From Deltaproteobacteria bacterium (GTDB taxonomy: Bacteria; Desulfobacterota; BSN033; UBA1163), in the NCBI GenBank assembly GCA_037444165.1, contig JBBIMX010000004.1, forward strand, positions 19 through 64,018: DNA of 64,000 nucleotides, written 5' to 3'. This document shows, piece by piece, positions 28,404 through 37,986 of this stretch (within the stretch, counting starts at the first letter, position 1; every line of letters begins with the position of its first letter). The notes under the pieces were generated by a model. That model saw only the letters and a program-made list of their open reading frames with translations. It was not told the DNA's origin and searched no databases. The position numbers and the translations under genes are program-made.

Positions 28404-30398
28404 TCAATGTTGAGGGGGTGGGGACTCTAAAAGTTGAATGGTCTCCAGGATCGCTTCCTTCTTTCCGATAAGATAGAGGAGATCCCCTCCCTCGAAAATA
28501 AAATTAGGTTCCGGATTGGGAAAGATCTCCTCTCCTCTTTTTACAGCGATCACGGTGACTCCTGCTCGAGAACGAATCTGAAGATCTTTAATGGAGCGAC
28601 CCTGAATTGGAGCGTCTTTATTGATCAGATAGGTCTCCACCTCTATATCCGAAATCACCTCGCACTTCTCCGGAAGGCTTCTCGGCGGAAGCTCCACTCT
28701 TCGCAACACCTCATAACTTCCTTTTCGGATATTCTCGATCTGCTCCATGAGAAGATTTCTTGGGACCTGGTAATGATGAAGCACTTTAGCAAAGATTTCG
28801 ATCGAGGTCTCAAATTCTTCTGGTATCACTTCATTGGCGCCCATGGCAAGGAGCTCTTCCACCTCAGAAGCATACCTTGTTCTGACAATGAGATAGAGCC
28901 TCGGATTCTCCTTTCTCGCGACGGCCACAATTCTTCGGGTTGAGGCAGGATCGGAGATGGCGACGACAAGCAAACGAGCTGTGGAGATTCCTAATTTGTG
29001 AAGAATTTCAGGGCTCGTTCCATCTCCATAGAAAATGGGCTCCCCTCTCTTTCTCATCTCAAGGACTGTCTCGTTGTTCAAGTCGAGGATGACATAAGGG
29101 ATAGACGTCGCTTTTAAGACCTCCGCAAGGTTTCTTCCATTGAGACCGAAGCCGACAATGATCACATGATCTTCTCTTCTGAATGGATACCCCTCTTGAT
29201 TTGCCCTCCTTCTCATTCGATCCAATCGTTCCACCAATCGTTTTGAAGTAACCCAGGCAGAAAGGCTTGGAGAGGCCCTCAGGATAAAAGGGGTAAAGAA
29301 CATCGTCAAGATCGACGCAGAGAGGAAGACCTGGTAATGAATATCTGAAATGAGGTTTGCCGATTTTCCAGCCGTTGCAAGGATGAAAGAAAATTCTCCA
29401 ATTTGAGAGAGGTGAAGCCCCGTCTGGAGAGAGATCCGAAGGGGATGCCCAATGAGATGAACCGAGAGGCCTGCGAGAGTCGTCTTTAAACATAGAATGA
29501 CGAGCGCCCCACCAAAGAGCAGAGCAAGATGTTGGTAAAGAAATCGGAGATCCATGAGCATTCCAATGGAAACAAAGAAGAGTCCGTTGAAACTTTCTTT
29601 GAAAGGGAGAATGTCAGAGATGGCCTGATAAGCATATTCGGATTCCGAGATAACGAGGCCTGCAAGGAAGGCCCCTAAGGCCAAGGAGAGACCGAATGAA
29701 GAGGTCATCAGTGCTGTCCCGAGACAGAGTAAGATGAGGGTGATAATGAATAACTCCCGGCTTCGTGTGCGGACGATCTGATGGAGGATATTGGGGACCA
29801 ACCATCTCGCCCCAAAGATGATGATAAAAAGAAGGACGCCAGATTTCAGAAGGGTCCATAGGAACTCGAAGGGGCTGCCTTTTGTTCCGGAGAGGATAGG
29901 GATGAAGAGCATGAGAGGTACCACGCAGAGATCCTGAAAAATGAGGATTCCAATTGAAAGTCGGCCATGAGGGGAGTCGATCTCTCCCCGATCAAAGAGA
30001 ATCTTCATGACGATCGCCGTGCTGCTCAGGGCTACAAGGAATCCTGAAAATAGGGCCTTGTTCCATTGACGGAGAAAGGGATAGGTGAGGAGAGAAGTGG
30101 CGATGATTGTGAGAAGGACTTGAGCGATTCCTCCGCCGAAGATGGAGGAACGGACTTTCTTTAGATTTTTCAAAGAGATTTCAAGCCCCACCATGAAGAG
30201 GAGAAGGATGACCCCTATCTCTGCAAGGAGTTCCACCTCCCGAATATTTCTTATTAGCCCAAATCCATGAGGACCAACAAGGACCCCAGCGATGAGAAAT
30301 CCAACAAGAGGAGGAATCCTTACCTTATGAAGGAGGAAGATGACAGAGGCCGACACTCCAAATAGGAGGACCAGGGTGTTTAAAAATTCGATTCCCAT
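28404..30398 (-). CDS. CPA2 family K+/H+ antiporter (KefB/KefC-like) with two C-terminal RCK/TrkA domains
   Basis: An N-terminal Na_H_Exchanger membrane domain of about 380 aa is followed by TrkA_N (VIIVGFGLNG) and TrkA_C domains. Confidence 0.8.
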   Translation of the reverse strand: MGIEFLNTLVLLFGVSASVIFLLHKVRIPPLVGFLIAGVLVGPHGFGLIRNIREVELLAEIGVILLLFMVGLEISLKNLKKVRSSIFGGGIAQVLLTIIATSLLTYPFLRQWNKALFSGFLVALSSTAIVMKILFDRGEIDSPHGRLSIGILIFQDLCVVPLMLFIPILSGTKGSPFEFLWTLLKSGVLLFIIIFGARWLVPNILHQIVRTRSRELFIITLILLCLGTALMTSSFGLSLALGAFLAGLVISESEYAYQAISDILPFKESFNGLFFVSIGMLMDLRFLYQHLALLFGGALVILCLKTTLAGLSVHLIGHPLRISLQTGLHLSQIGEFSFILATAGKSANLISDIHYQVFLSASILTMFFTPFILRASPSLSAWVTSKRLVERLDRMRRRANQEGYPFRREDHVIIVGFGLNGRNLAEVLKATSIPYVILDLNNETVLEMRKRGEPIFYGDGTSPEILHKLGISTARLLVVAISDPASTRRIVAVARKENPRLYLIVRTRYASEVEELLAMGANEVIPEEFETSIEIFAKVLHHYQVPRNLLMEQIENIRKGSYEVLRRVELPPRSLPEKCEVISDIEVETYLINKDAPIQGRSIKDLQIRSRAGVTVIAVKRGEEIFPNPEPNFIFEGGDLLYLIGKKEAILETIQLLESPPPQH

Positions 30399-30469
30399 CT
30401 TGGTGGCTTCAGGATAAAAGATTTAGCCTCCTATTGCAAGGTAGAGAGAAATTATGATATAAAATTTTC

Positions 30470-30838
30470 ATGTTTAATATTGGGCTTCCAGAATTACTCA
30501 TCATCTTAGCCATCGCTCTTATCGTCTTCGGTCCTAATAAACTTCCAGAACTGGCCAGGGCTTTTGGGCGAGCCATGAGAGAATTTAAGAAGGCGACCGA
30601 AGAGGTGAAGGAGAGCTTTGAGGCCGAAACGAGAGACCTTGAAGAGATCAAATCTGAACTCACCCAGGGCCATCTTTTGACCGACTTAACCCAGGAACTT
30701 TCTTCTGAGGAAGAAGTCCTCAGGGAATCTCAGGCTGAAGCCGTGCAGGCCGCTGAAGCCATTTTGCCCCAAAGGGAAGACACCGATGAGGTGAAAAAGG
30801 AAGAGGGACCGAAAGAGGAGTTTCCTTCTCATGGATGA
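30470..30838 (+). CDS. tatA: Twin-arginine translocase subunit TatA/TatB family (TatB-like, acidic C-terminal tail)
   Basis: The TM and amphipathic helix motif [33 protein letters not shown] is present. Confidence 0.85.
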   Translation: MFNIGLPELLIILAIALIVFGPNKLPELARAFGRAMREFKKATEEVKESFEAETRDLEEIKSELTQGHLLTDLTQELSSEEEVLRESQAEAVQAAEAILPQREDTDEVKKEEGPKEEFPSHG

Positions 30839-31595
30839 GAAGAAACTACCGCTCACGGCCCATCTTCAAGAGTTAAGATCGAGGCTCATCGCCTCCTTCA
30901 TCGCCATCGGGATTGGCTTTATTGTTTGTTATACCTTCTCTCAAACCCTCTTCGATATTCTTGCCAAACCCCTTTTTAAGCTTCTTCCTCAGGGAGGTTC
31001 ACTGATCTTTACCAGTGTAGCGGAGGCCTTCTTTACCTATATGAAGGTGGCCTTCATCGGAGGGCTCATCCTCGCCTCTCCTTTTGTTCTCTACCAGATC
31101 TGGGCTTTTGTGGCTCCAGGACTCTATCGGCATGAAAAACGATATGTCCTGCCTTTACTTTTTGGAGGATCCTTCTTCTTTCTCTTAGGAATTCTCTTTG
31201 GATATTTCATTGCCATCCCCGTTGGGTTTAAGTTTCTCTTGGGATATGCCGCAGACCTGATCAAACCCATGCCCAGCATGAAGGAGTATCTCTCCTTCTC
31301 TATCAAATTTTTATTGGCCTTCGGTCTCGTCTTTGAATTTCCTGTGGTCTTAGTGATGTTGGCGAGGATAGGTATCATTGATGCTCGAATGATGGCTAAA
31401 CAGAGAAAGTATGCCATCCTTCTCATTTTTATATTTGCAGCCGTCCTGACTCCGCCCGACCTCATCTCCCAGCTTATCATGGCCTTCCCGCTGATCGGAC
31501 TTTATGAATGGAGTATCCTTCTTGCAAAAATCTTCGGGAAGAAAACGAAACCAGGAACAAAAATCGAATCCCAAGAAGGCGTCCATACGCACTGA
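30831..31595 (+). CDS. tatC: Twin-arginine translocase subunit TatC
   Basis: A six-TM TatC with the [13 protein letters not shown]-terminal motif. Confidence 0.9.
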   Translation: MDEKKLPLTAHLQELRSRLIASFIAIGIGFIVCYTFSQTLFDILAKPLFKLLPQGGSLIFTSVAEAFFTYMKVAFIGGLILASPFVLYQIWAFVAPGLYRHEKRYVLPLLFGGSFFFLLGILFGYFIAIPVGFKFLLGYAADLIKPMPSMKEYLSFSIKFLLAFGLVFEFPVVLVMLARIGIIDARMMAKQRKYAILLIFIFAAVLTPPDLISQLIMAFPLIGLYEWSILLAKIFGKKTKPGTKIESQEGVHTH

Positions 31596-31629
31596 GAGAT
31601 GGAGGGGGAGGACAAAGTGATCGATCCCT

Positions 31630-32784
31630 ATGCGGGTCTTCGTTACAGATGGACACTTCAGGAAAACACTGGCCCTCGTTCGATCCCTTGGGGAAAAAAG
31701 GGTTTCGGTCACAGTGGGTGAGAGAACCTTTCTCAATACCTCCTTTTTCTCAAAGTACTGTTCAAATCGAGTCGTCTACCCCTCTCCCCGACGATATCCC
31801 CAACGATTTATTGAATATCTATTAACGGAAATTAGAACACATCACTATGACTGCCTCTTTCCGATGGAAGAGGAAACCCTTATCTTGATTGCAAAATATC
31901 AATCTGAGATTTCGAAACATACCTATCTCCTCATTCCTGAGCTCGAAAAGATTGAGTTTGTCCGTGATAAAGGAAAACTGATCCAATTTGCAGAAACTCA
32001 TGGGATTCCAGTGCCAAAAACTTACCCGTCCTTTTCCTCTCCTCCCCCCTCCCTTCCCATTCCAGCCGTGATCAAGCCCCGGATCAGCTCCGGTTCCTTT
32101 GGAATTCTCTATGTGAAAAAAAGGGAAGAACTTCACCCTTCCTATCAAAAGGTCCATGAGCGTTATCCATTCCCTTTGATCCAGGAATATATCCCAGACG
32201 GAGGAGGAACCTTTGGCCTCTCTGCCCTCTTTGATGAGGCCTCAAAGGTGAAGGCTGCCTTCGTTCATAAGAAGTTAAGGATGTATCCTGTTCAAGGAGG
32301 ACCAAGTACGCTGAGGGAGAGTGTAAACCATCCCCAGATTATGGAGATGGGGCTCTCCCTATTAAAAGCATTGAATTGGGTTGGGGTGGCGATGGTCGAA
32401 TTTAAGGTGGATCCAAGAGATGGGCTGCCGAAACTCATGGAGGTCAATCCCAGATTCTGGGGTTCTTTACAATTAGCCATCCTCTCCGGGATAGACTTTC
32501 CCTATTTGATTCTAAGAATGGCAAAAGGGGAAAAGATTGAGCCGGTTCTTCATTACGAAGTGGGAAGACGGTGCCGGTGGCTTCTGCTTGGGGATGTCCT
32601 TCATTTTTTAAAGAATCCCAATCGATTCAAGCTTAACCCTTCTTTCTTTCGCTTCTTTGATCCCAATACCTCTGACGATATCCTTTCAAAAAAGGACCCT
32701 TTTGCCGTCTTAGGGGCCATGGCCACCTTCCTTACCTTCCTTTATGATCCCGAAATGAAACGCTTTCTTGAAAGAAGGGGATAG
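31630..32784 (+). CDS. ATP-grasp superfamily enzyme (COG3919-like predicted carboxylate-amine ligase)
   Basis: An N-terminal pre-ATP-grasp domain and a central ATP-grasp fold (EYIPDGGG..., MVEFKVD) are present. Confidence 0.6.
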   Translation: MRVFVTDGHFRKTLALVRSLGEKRVSVTVGERTFLNTSFFSKYCSNRVVYPSPRRYPQRFIEYLLTEIRTHHYDCLFPMEEETLILIAKYQSEISKHTYLLIPELEKIEFVRDKGKLIQFAETHGIPVPKTYPSFSSPPPSLPIPAVIKPRISSGSFGILYVKKREELHPSYQKVHERYPFPLIQEYIPDGGGTFGLSALFDEASKVKAAFVHKKLRMYPVQGGPSTLRESVNHPQIMEMGLSLLKALNWVGVAMVEFKVDPRDGLPKLMEVNPRFWGSLQLAILSGIDFPYLILRMAKGEKIEPVLHYEVGRRCRWLLLGDVLHFLKNPNRFKLNPSFFRFFDPNTSDDILSKKDPFAVLGAMATFLTFLYDPEMKRFLERRG

Positions 32785-32851
32785 AAGAGATTCGATTCCC
32801 CTTGAAATTGAAGCTCGAAATAAAGAAAATGATAGAAAATGAAAAGGAACG

Positions 32852-33544
32852 GTGATGATGATCTCCAAAGAAAAAATCTGTATCCTCATCCCTGCCTATA
32901 ATGCTCAGAACACGATTGGACCTGTCCTGGAGAAAGCCTGTTCCTTGGGGTTAGATACCCTTGTCGTCAACGATGGGTCCACGGATGGGACTTCAGCAAT
33001 AGTCCAAAGCTATGGGGTGAAGCTCTTGGAACATCCCAAGAATCTTGGAAAAGGGGCATCTCTTCGGACTGGATTTCAATATCTCCTTGAGAAGAATTAT
33101 GAGTTAGTCATTACGCTCGATGCGGATGGTCAACACGATCCCTTAGAAATTCCCCTCCTTCTTAAAGCCTTTGATCGGGCGGAACCTGATCTTCTCATTG
33201 GTTCGAGAGCTGCAGAATTCGGGCAGATGCCTTTTCTTCGCCGGTTCTGGAATCGATTGGGAGTGAGGGCAGTCAGTCGCCTCTGTCACGCCGATATTAC
33301 GGATAGTCAATCAGGATTTCGAGTGATGCGAACAGAGCTGTTACGAAGGATTTCTCTCACCACAAAGGGATTTGACACCGAATTGGAACTTTTGATCAAA
33401 GCTTGCAAAATGGGGTTTCGTGTGTTATCCATTCCTGTACATTCTCAAAAATTTAATGGCCCATTTCCCAGTCATTTTAAACCCGTCAAAGACACATGGT
33501 TGGTTTGTAAATTATTTCTCAGGAGTCTCTTTTGGAAGGCATAG
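32852..33544 (+). CDS. Family 2 glycosyltransferase (DPM1-like)
   Basis: The GT-A fold motifs ILIPAYNAQNTIG, VNDGSTDGT and a DAD-type DxD motif are present. Confidence 0.8.
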   Translation: MMMISKEKICILIPAYNAQNTIGPVLEKACSLGLDTLVVNDGSTDGTSAIVQSYGVKLLEHPKNLGKGASLRTGFQYLLEKNYELVITLDADGQHDPLEIPLLLKAFDRAEPDLLIGSRAAEFGQMPFLRRFWNRLGVRAVSRLCHADITDSQSGFRVMRTELLRRISLTTKGFDTELELLIKACKMGFRVLSIPVHSQKFNGPFPSHFKPVKDTWLVCKLFLRSLFWKA

Positions 33545-33549
33545 AATAA

Positions 33550-34947
33550 ATGGATATTTATCAAAAGGCTAAACACTATTCGATCGAAAAATTTACCGTC
33601 AGTGCCTTATCCCTTCTGTCCAATGCGTCAGAGGAGCATTTGATTCGATTGACCATTCTGGCCGAAAAGATTCCCCAGAAAGAATCCTATCGGGAAAAGA
33701 TTCGCTGGATTCGAACCCTCTTTGAAACCCATCATCCTGGATTGACCTTGGCTAAAAGAGTTCTCAGCCAAACCCATCCCCTTCATCGACATAAACTGAT
33801 CTCAAACTTCATCATCAATCAACTCCTCGTGGGAACGAATCAACGAAAAGCCTTTGCGGAAAAAAGCGGGTTCTACCCACCCGATGCCATGCTCCTCAGT
33901 CCCACGATGAGATGTAACCTCCGATGTTATGGTTGTTATGCAGGGTCCTATTCAAAGCAAGAGGATCTCCCCTTGGAGATTATTGATCGACTGATAGAAG
34001 AATGCAAAGGGATGGGAATCTATTTGGTTCTGATGACCGGAGGGGAACCCTTTCTGAGGGAAGACCTTTTTGATCTCTTCGAGAAGCATGGGGACTGTCT
34101 CTTCCAAATTTATACCAATGCCACTCTTATCGATGAGAGGATGATCGAACGATTGGTTTCTCTGGGAAACGTGGTTCCAGCGATCAGCCTCGAAGGGTTC
34201 CGAGAGGAGACCGATGAAAGAAGGGGAAAAGGGCGATTTGATCAAATCCTTAAGGTGATGGATGGGCTAAGGAGGGCCGGCCTCTTCTTCGCTGTCTCCA
34301 CCACTCAGACCTCGAAAAATACAGAGGTATTGGGCAGCGAGGCTTTCGTTGACTTTTTGATTGAGAAGGGATGCATCCTCCTCTGGAATTTTCATTATGT
34401 TCCCATTGGAAAGGACCCGGATCTCAGTTTGATGGCCACCCCGGAACAGAGACAGAAGATCAGGCAACGCTTTGCGTATTTTCGGGCGACTAAACCCATG
34501 CTCTTTGTGGACTTCTGGAATGATGGTTGTCTGACCGGGGGGTGTATCGCAGCTGGGAGAAAGTACTTCCACGTCAATGCAAGAGGGGATGTTGAACCCT
34601 GTGTGTTCTGTCATTTCGCCTCGGATAATATCAAAGAAACGACCCTTTTCGAAGCCCTCAACTCACCCCTCTTCAAAGAGATCCGTAAAAGACAGCCCTT
34701 CTCGGAGAACCTCTATCGTCCCTGTCTTTTGATTGATCATCCGGAACAAGGAAGAGAGATTGCCTTAAAGCATGCCCGATACTTCACCCACCCCCAAGCC
34801 GAACAATTCTTTACCGAATTCTCTCAGGCCATTGATGCCTACGCGAAACGGTATGGTGAGATTGCCGAGAGGGCTTGGCAAGAACAGAAACAACTGAAAA
34901 ACCAACAAAGGGGTCATGGCCAAAAGGTTGCGGGTAGACATGGATGA
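33550..34947 (+). CDS. Radical SAM enzyme with a SPASM/twitch-like C-terminal Fe-S domain and an N-terminal extension of about 100 aa
   Basis: A CxxxCxxC motif (CNLRCYGCYAG) is followed by GGEPF. The C-terminal cysteine cluster GGCIAAG...CVFCHF is SPASM-like. Confidence 0.7.
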   Translation: MDIYQKAKHYSIEKFTVSALSLLSNASEEHLIRLTILAEKIPQKESYREKIRWIRTLFETHHPGLTLAKRVLSQTHPLHRHKLISNFIINQLLVGTNQRKAFAEKSGFYPPDAMLLSPTMRCNLRCYGCYAGSYSKQEDLPLEIIDRLIEECKGMGIYLVLMTGGEPFLREDLFDLFEKHGDCLFQIYTNATLIDERMIERLVSLGNVVPAISLEGFREETDERRGKGRFDQILKVMDGLRRAGLFFAVSTTQTSKNTEVLGSEAFVDFLIEKGCILLWNFHYVPIGKDPDLSLMATPEQRQKIRQRFAYFRATKPMLFVDFWNDGCLTGGCIAAGRKYFHVNARGDVEPCVFCHFASDNIKETTLFEALNSPLFKEIRKRQPFSENLYRPCLLIDHPEQGREIALKHARYFTHPQAEQFFTEFSQAIDAYAKRYGEIAERAWQEQKQLKNQQRGHGQKVAGRHG

Positions 34948-36044
34948 AAGTTACCTTTCCTCATCTTGGCACCATGCATATCTTCTGCAAGGCCATTGCA
35001 GAGACCTCCCACATCCCTTATGTCGTTCCTCCTGAGACCAGTCGCAGAACCCTTACCTTAGGCGTTCAACATTCAAACGAATGTATCTGTCTTCCTTTTA
35101 AAATCATCCTGGGGAATTTCATCGAGGCCCTGGAACGGGGGGCAGATACGATTGTCATGGTTGGAAGTGGTCCTCCCTGTCGACTGGGACTCTATGATCT
35201 GGTTCACAAAGTCATTCTCGAAGACCTTGGGCTTCCTTTTCGATGGCTGACGATCCCTCCTCGATTGACCTGGCAGGCCTTCTGGAAAAACTATGAAGAG
35301 ACAAAGGAGCTCAAAAAAGAGTTGACCTGGAAAAATATTCTTCTTTTCCCTTATGGACTCTATATGGGATGGAAGAAGATGATGGCCTGTGAGACCCTCG
35401 AGAAGCTGGCGATGAAGGTCAGGCCAAAAGAGATCCGAAAGGGAGAGACTCAGAAAAGATTAAAGAAGGCCCTCGATTGGGTGGATAAAGCTCAAACGCC
35501 AAAAAAAGTGGAGGAAGCCCTGAAGGGGGGAGAAAAACTCCTTCTAAACACGGAACAGGATCCTTCTCGAGCCGTTCTTAAAATTGCCATCGTAGGGGAA
35601 CTCTATACGGTGATGGATCCCCATATCAATCGAGGAGTCGAACAGAAATTAGGAGAATTGGGAGCAGAGGTCACCCGTTCTTCCTGGTTTTCCACCCATA
35701 TCCTCAGAAGTCTGAGAAAAAATAAAGCCAATCGACTCTCGGAGAGGATTCAGTTCCTCGAGGCTTCAAAGCTTTATCTGGGTTATGACGTGGGAGCGGA
35801 GTGTAATGTCTCGATAGGAGAAGCGATCTTAAGATCCAGAGAGGGGTATGATGGGGTCGTCCATCTCATGCCCTTTGCCTGTATGCCTGAGACTACCGCT
35901 TCCGGGATTTTAACCCGGGTGGGGAAGGATTGGAACATCCCCATCCTGACCCTTCTTCTGGATGAACAGGAAATCGAGGGCCGGATTCAAACTCTCCTTG
36001 AGGCCTTTGTGGAGATGTTGCAGTGGAAGAGAAAGGGGTCATAG
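34944..36044 (+). CDS. 2-hydroxyacyl-CoA dehydratase-like / activase-associated protein (DUF2229-type domain)
   Basis: The conserved cysteines (ECICLPF, GPPCRLG) resemble the C-terminal modules of fused CoA-substrate-specific enzyme activase proteins. The start overlaps the upstream stop as ATGA. Confidence 0.45.
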   Translation: MKVTFPHLGTMHIFCKAIAETSHIPYVVPPETSRRTLTLGVQHSNECICLPFKIILGNFIEALERGADTIVMVGSGPPCRLGLYDLVHKVILEDLGLPFRWLTIPPRLTWQAFWKNYEETKELKKELTWKNILLFPYGLYMGWKKMMACETLEKLAMKVRPKEIRKGETQKRLKKALDWVDKAQTPKKVEEALKGGEKLLLNTEQDPSRAVLKIAIVGELYTVMDPHINRGVEQKLGELGAEVTRSSWFSTHILRSLRKNKANRLSERIQFLEASKLYLGYDVGAECNVSIGEAILRSREGYDGVVHLMPFACMPETTASGILTRVGKDWNIPILTLLLDEQEIEGRIQTLLEAFVEMLQWKRKGS

Positions 36045-37042
36045 GAATTCCAAGGGCATTGATGTTTTATCGATATTTCCCCCTCTGGAGGAGTTTCTTC
36101 GAGGAGTTGGGTTGGAAGGTCCTCACCTCGGAGGAGTTAGGGAAAAGGGGAAGGCTTATCTATTTTGAGGACAGTTGCCTTCCCATGAAACTTTTAGTCA
36201 CCCATTCCCTCTCTTTAAAGGAAAGGGTCGACTTCCTATTCATTCCCCGCTTGGTCAGCCTCGATCGAGATTATATCATGTGCCCTAAGTTTCGAGGGGC
36301 TCCAGACATTGCTCGATTAGCCATGGAGGGATCCCCTCCAATACTGGATGAAACCATCGATGGACGAACGAAAGGATTTTCCTGGGAGGACGCCTTTTTA
36401 AGGATTGGAAAGAGATTGGGGGCTCAAAGAAAGGACATTCAAAAGGCTATCAAGAAGGCCTGGACTTTTTATTTCAATTTCATGAAGGGATGGGAAGAAC
36501 GGATCAATACCCTTCCTTTGAATCAACTTTGGGAATTTGAAATCCCTCCCGAGACCTCACAAAGAAAGGAGGAGCAATCCTATCGCGTAGCCTTAATAGG
36601 ACATCCTTACAATCTTTATGATAGGGATATCAGTAAAGATCTCCTCTCCTTTATTCGAAAGCTTGGGATGAGAATCACCACCTCGGATTCCCTTTCAAAA
36701 AAAGAGGTGGAGCAGGAGGTCTCAGGTCTTTCAAAAGAGATCTACTGGTCCTCAGGAAGAGAGATAGTCGGCTCTCTGTTTCACTTTCTCTCCAGCTCCC
36801 TTGATGGGGTGATTTTTCTTACCTCTTTCAAATGCGGGATCGATGCCCTCCTTCAGGAATTTGTCAAAAGAAGATTAAAGTGGATGGGAGAAAGCAAGAA
36901 GCCTCTCCTCATCCTCACCCTCGATGAGCATTCAGGAAGGGAGGGGTTGATGACACGGCTTGAAGCCTTCAGGGATGTGTTGGAACAAAAGAAGATTCAA
37001 AATCCGATCCATGAGGGTCAAAACCCTCTCACGGATGGTTAA
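36023..37042 (+). CDS. 2-hydroxyglutaryl-CoA dehydratase D-component-like protein (HGD-D family)
   Basis: The N-terminus (IGIPRALMFYRYFPLWRSFFEELGWKVLTS) is the HGD-D hallmark. It has a translationally coupled overlap with the upstream gene. Confidence 0.55.
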   Translation: MEEKGVIGIPRALMFYRYFPLWRSFFEELGWKVLTSEELGKRGRLIYFEDSCLPMKLLVTHSLSLKERVDFLFIPRLVSLDRDYIMCPKFRGAPDIARLAMEGSPPILDETIDGRTKGFSWEDAFLRIGKRLGAQRKDIQKAIKKAWTFYFNFMKGWEERINTLPLNQLWEFEIPPETSQRKEEQSYRVALIGHPYNLYDRDISKDLLSFIRKLGMRITTSDSLSKKEVEQEVSGLSKEIYWSSGREIVGSLFHFLSSSLDGVIFLTSFKCGIDALLQEFVKRRLKWMGESKKPLLILTLDEHSGREGLMTRLEAFRDVLEQKKIQNPIHEGQNPLTDG

Positions 37043-37044
37043 CG

Positions 37045-37986
37045 ATGGGACTTTATTTAGGAATTGATGTAGGGTCGATCACCACAAAAATGGCCGTCCT
37101 CAATGAGCAGGATGAGGTTTTAGCCCATGTCTATCTTCGAAACAATGGCCGACCCCTTGAAGCGATAAAGAAGGGACTCGAGCAGATTGAGTCTCAACTG
37201 GGAGTCCTTTCAGGGGTGGAGGGGGTGGCCACCACTGGCAGTGCTCGACATCTTGCAGCCTATCTGATCGGGGCCGATCTGATCAAGAATGAAATTACCG
37301 CCCATGCCATCGCTGTGATTGAATCTTTTCCAGAAGCCAAAACGATCATGGAGATTGGAGGACAGGATTCGAAGGTCATCCTCTTGAGGGAAGGGGTGGT
37401 GGTTGACTTTGCAATGAATACGGTCTGCGCGGCAGGGACAGGTTCGTTCCTGGATCAACAGGCCTCCCGGTTAGGAATTTCTATCGAAGAATTTGGCCGT
37501 TTAGCTCTTCGGGCAAAACACCCTGTCCGGATTGCAGGGCGATGTACGGTCTTTGCGGAAACCGATATGATTCACAAACAGCAGATCGGCCATGCGATGG
37601 AGGATATCCTCGCAGGACTGTGTGACTCTCTGGTGAAGAACTATTTGAATAATGTGTGTCGAGGAAAGGAGATCCTCCCTCCTGTGGTCTTTCAGGGAGG
37701 GGTAGCGGCGAATCCCGGGATACGCCAAGCCCTTGAGAAAGAACTGGGATTTGAACTGATCCTTCCAGAGTATTATGGGGTCATGGGAGCCATTGGAGCG
37801 GCCAAGCTCGTCAAACGGAGCAAACCCCAAAAGACACGATTCAAAGGATTTGAATGGTCTCGAAAACCCTGTCAAACTCGGGGCTTTGAATGTAACGAAT
37901 GCGGAAATCAGTGCGAGGTCATCCAACTCTGGGTGGACGATGAAGTGGTCGCCTCCTGGGGCGATCTCTGTGAGAGATATCGATGA
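37045..37986 (+). CDS. CoA-substrate-specific enzyme activase (BadF/BadG/BcrA/BcrD ATPase family, HgdC-like)
   Basis: The ASKHA fold N-terminus (LGIDVGSITTKMAV) and the AMNTVCAAGTGSFLD motif, with the cluster-bridging Cys, are present. The C-terminus is Cys-rich. Confidence 0.75.
   Translation: MGLYLGIDVGSITTKMAVLNEQDEVLAHVYLRNNGRPLEAIKKGLEQIESQLGVLSGVEGVATTGSARHLAAYLIGADLIKNEITAHAIAVIESFPEAKTIMEIGGQDSKVILLREGVVVDFAMNTVCAAGTGSFLDQQASRLGISIEEFGRLALRAKHPVRIAGRCTVFAETDMIHKQQIGHAMEDILAGLCDSLVKNYLNNVCRGKEILPPVVFQGGVAANPGIRQALEKELGFELILPEYYGVMGAIGAAKLVKRSKPQKTRFKGFEWSRKPCQTRGFECNECGNQCEVIQLWVDDEVVASWGDLCERYR

Noticed and set aside
31630-32784. ATP-grasp gene as a definite member of the lipid operon
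   Set aside because: It is co-directional and close, with a 68 bp gap to the GT2 gene, but it is separated from the tight block by a larger spacer and sits directly after tatC. I mention it as possibly associated, and the cluster boundaries are drawn conservatively.
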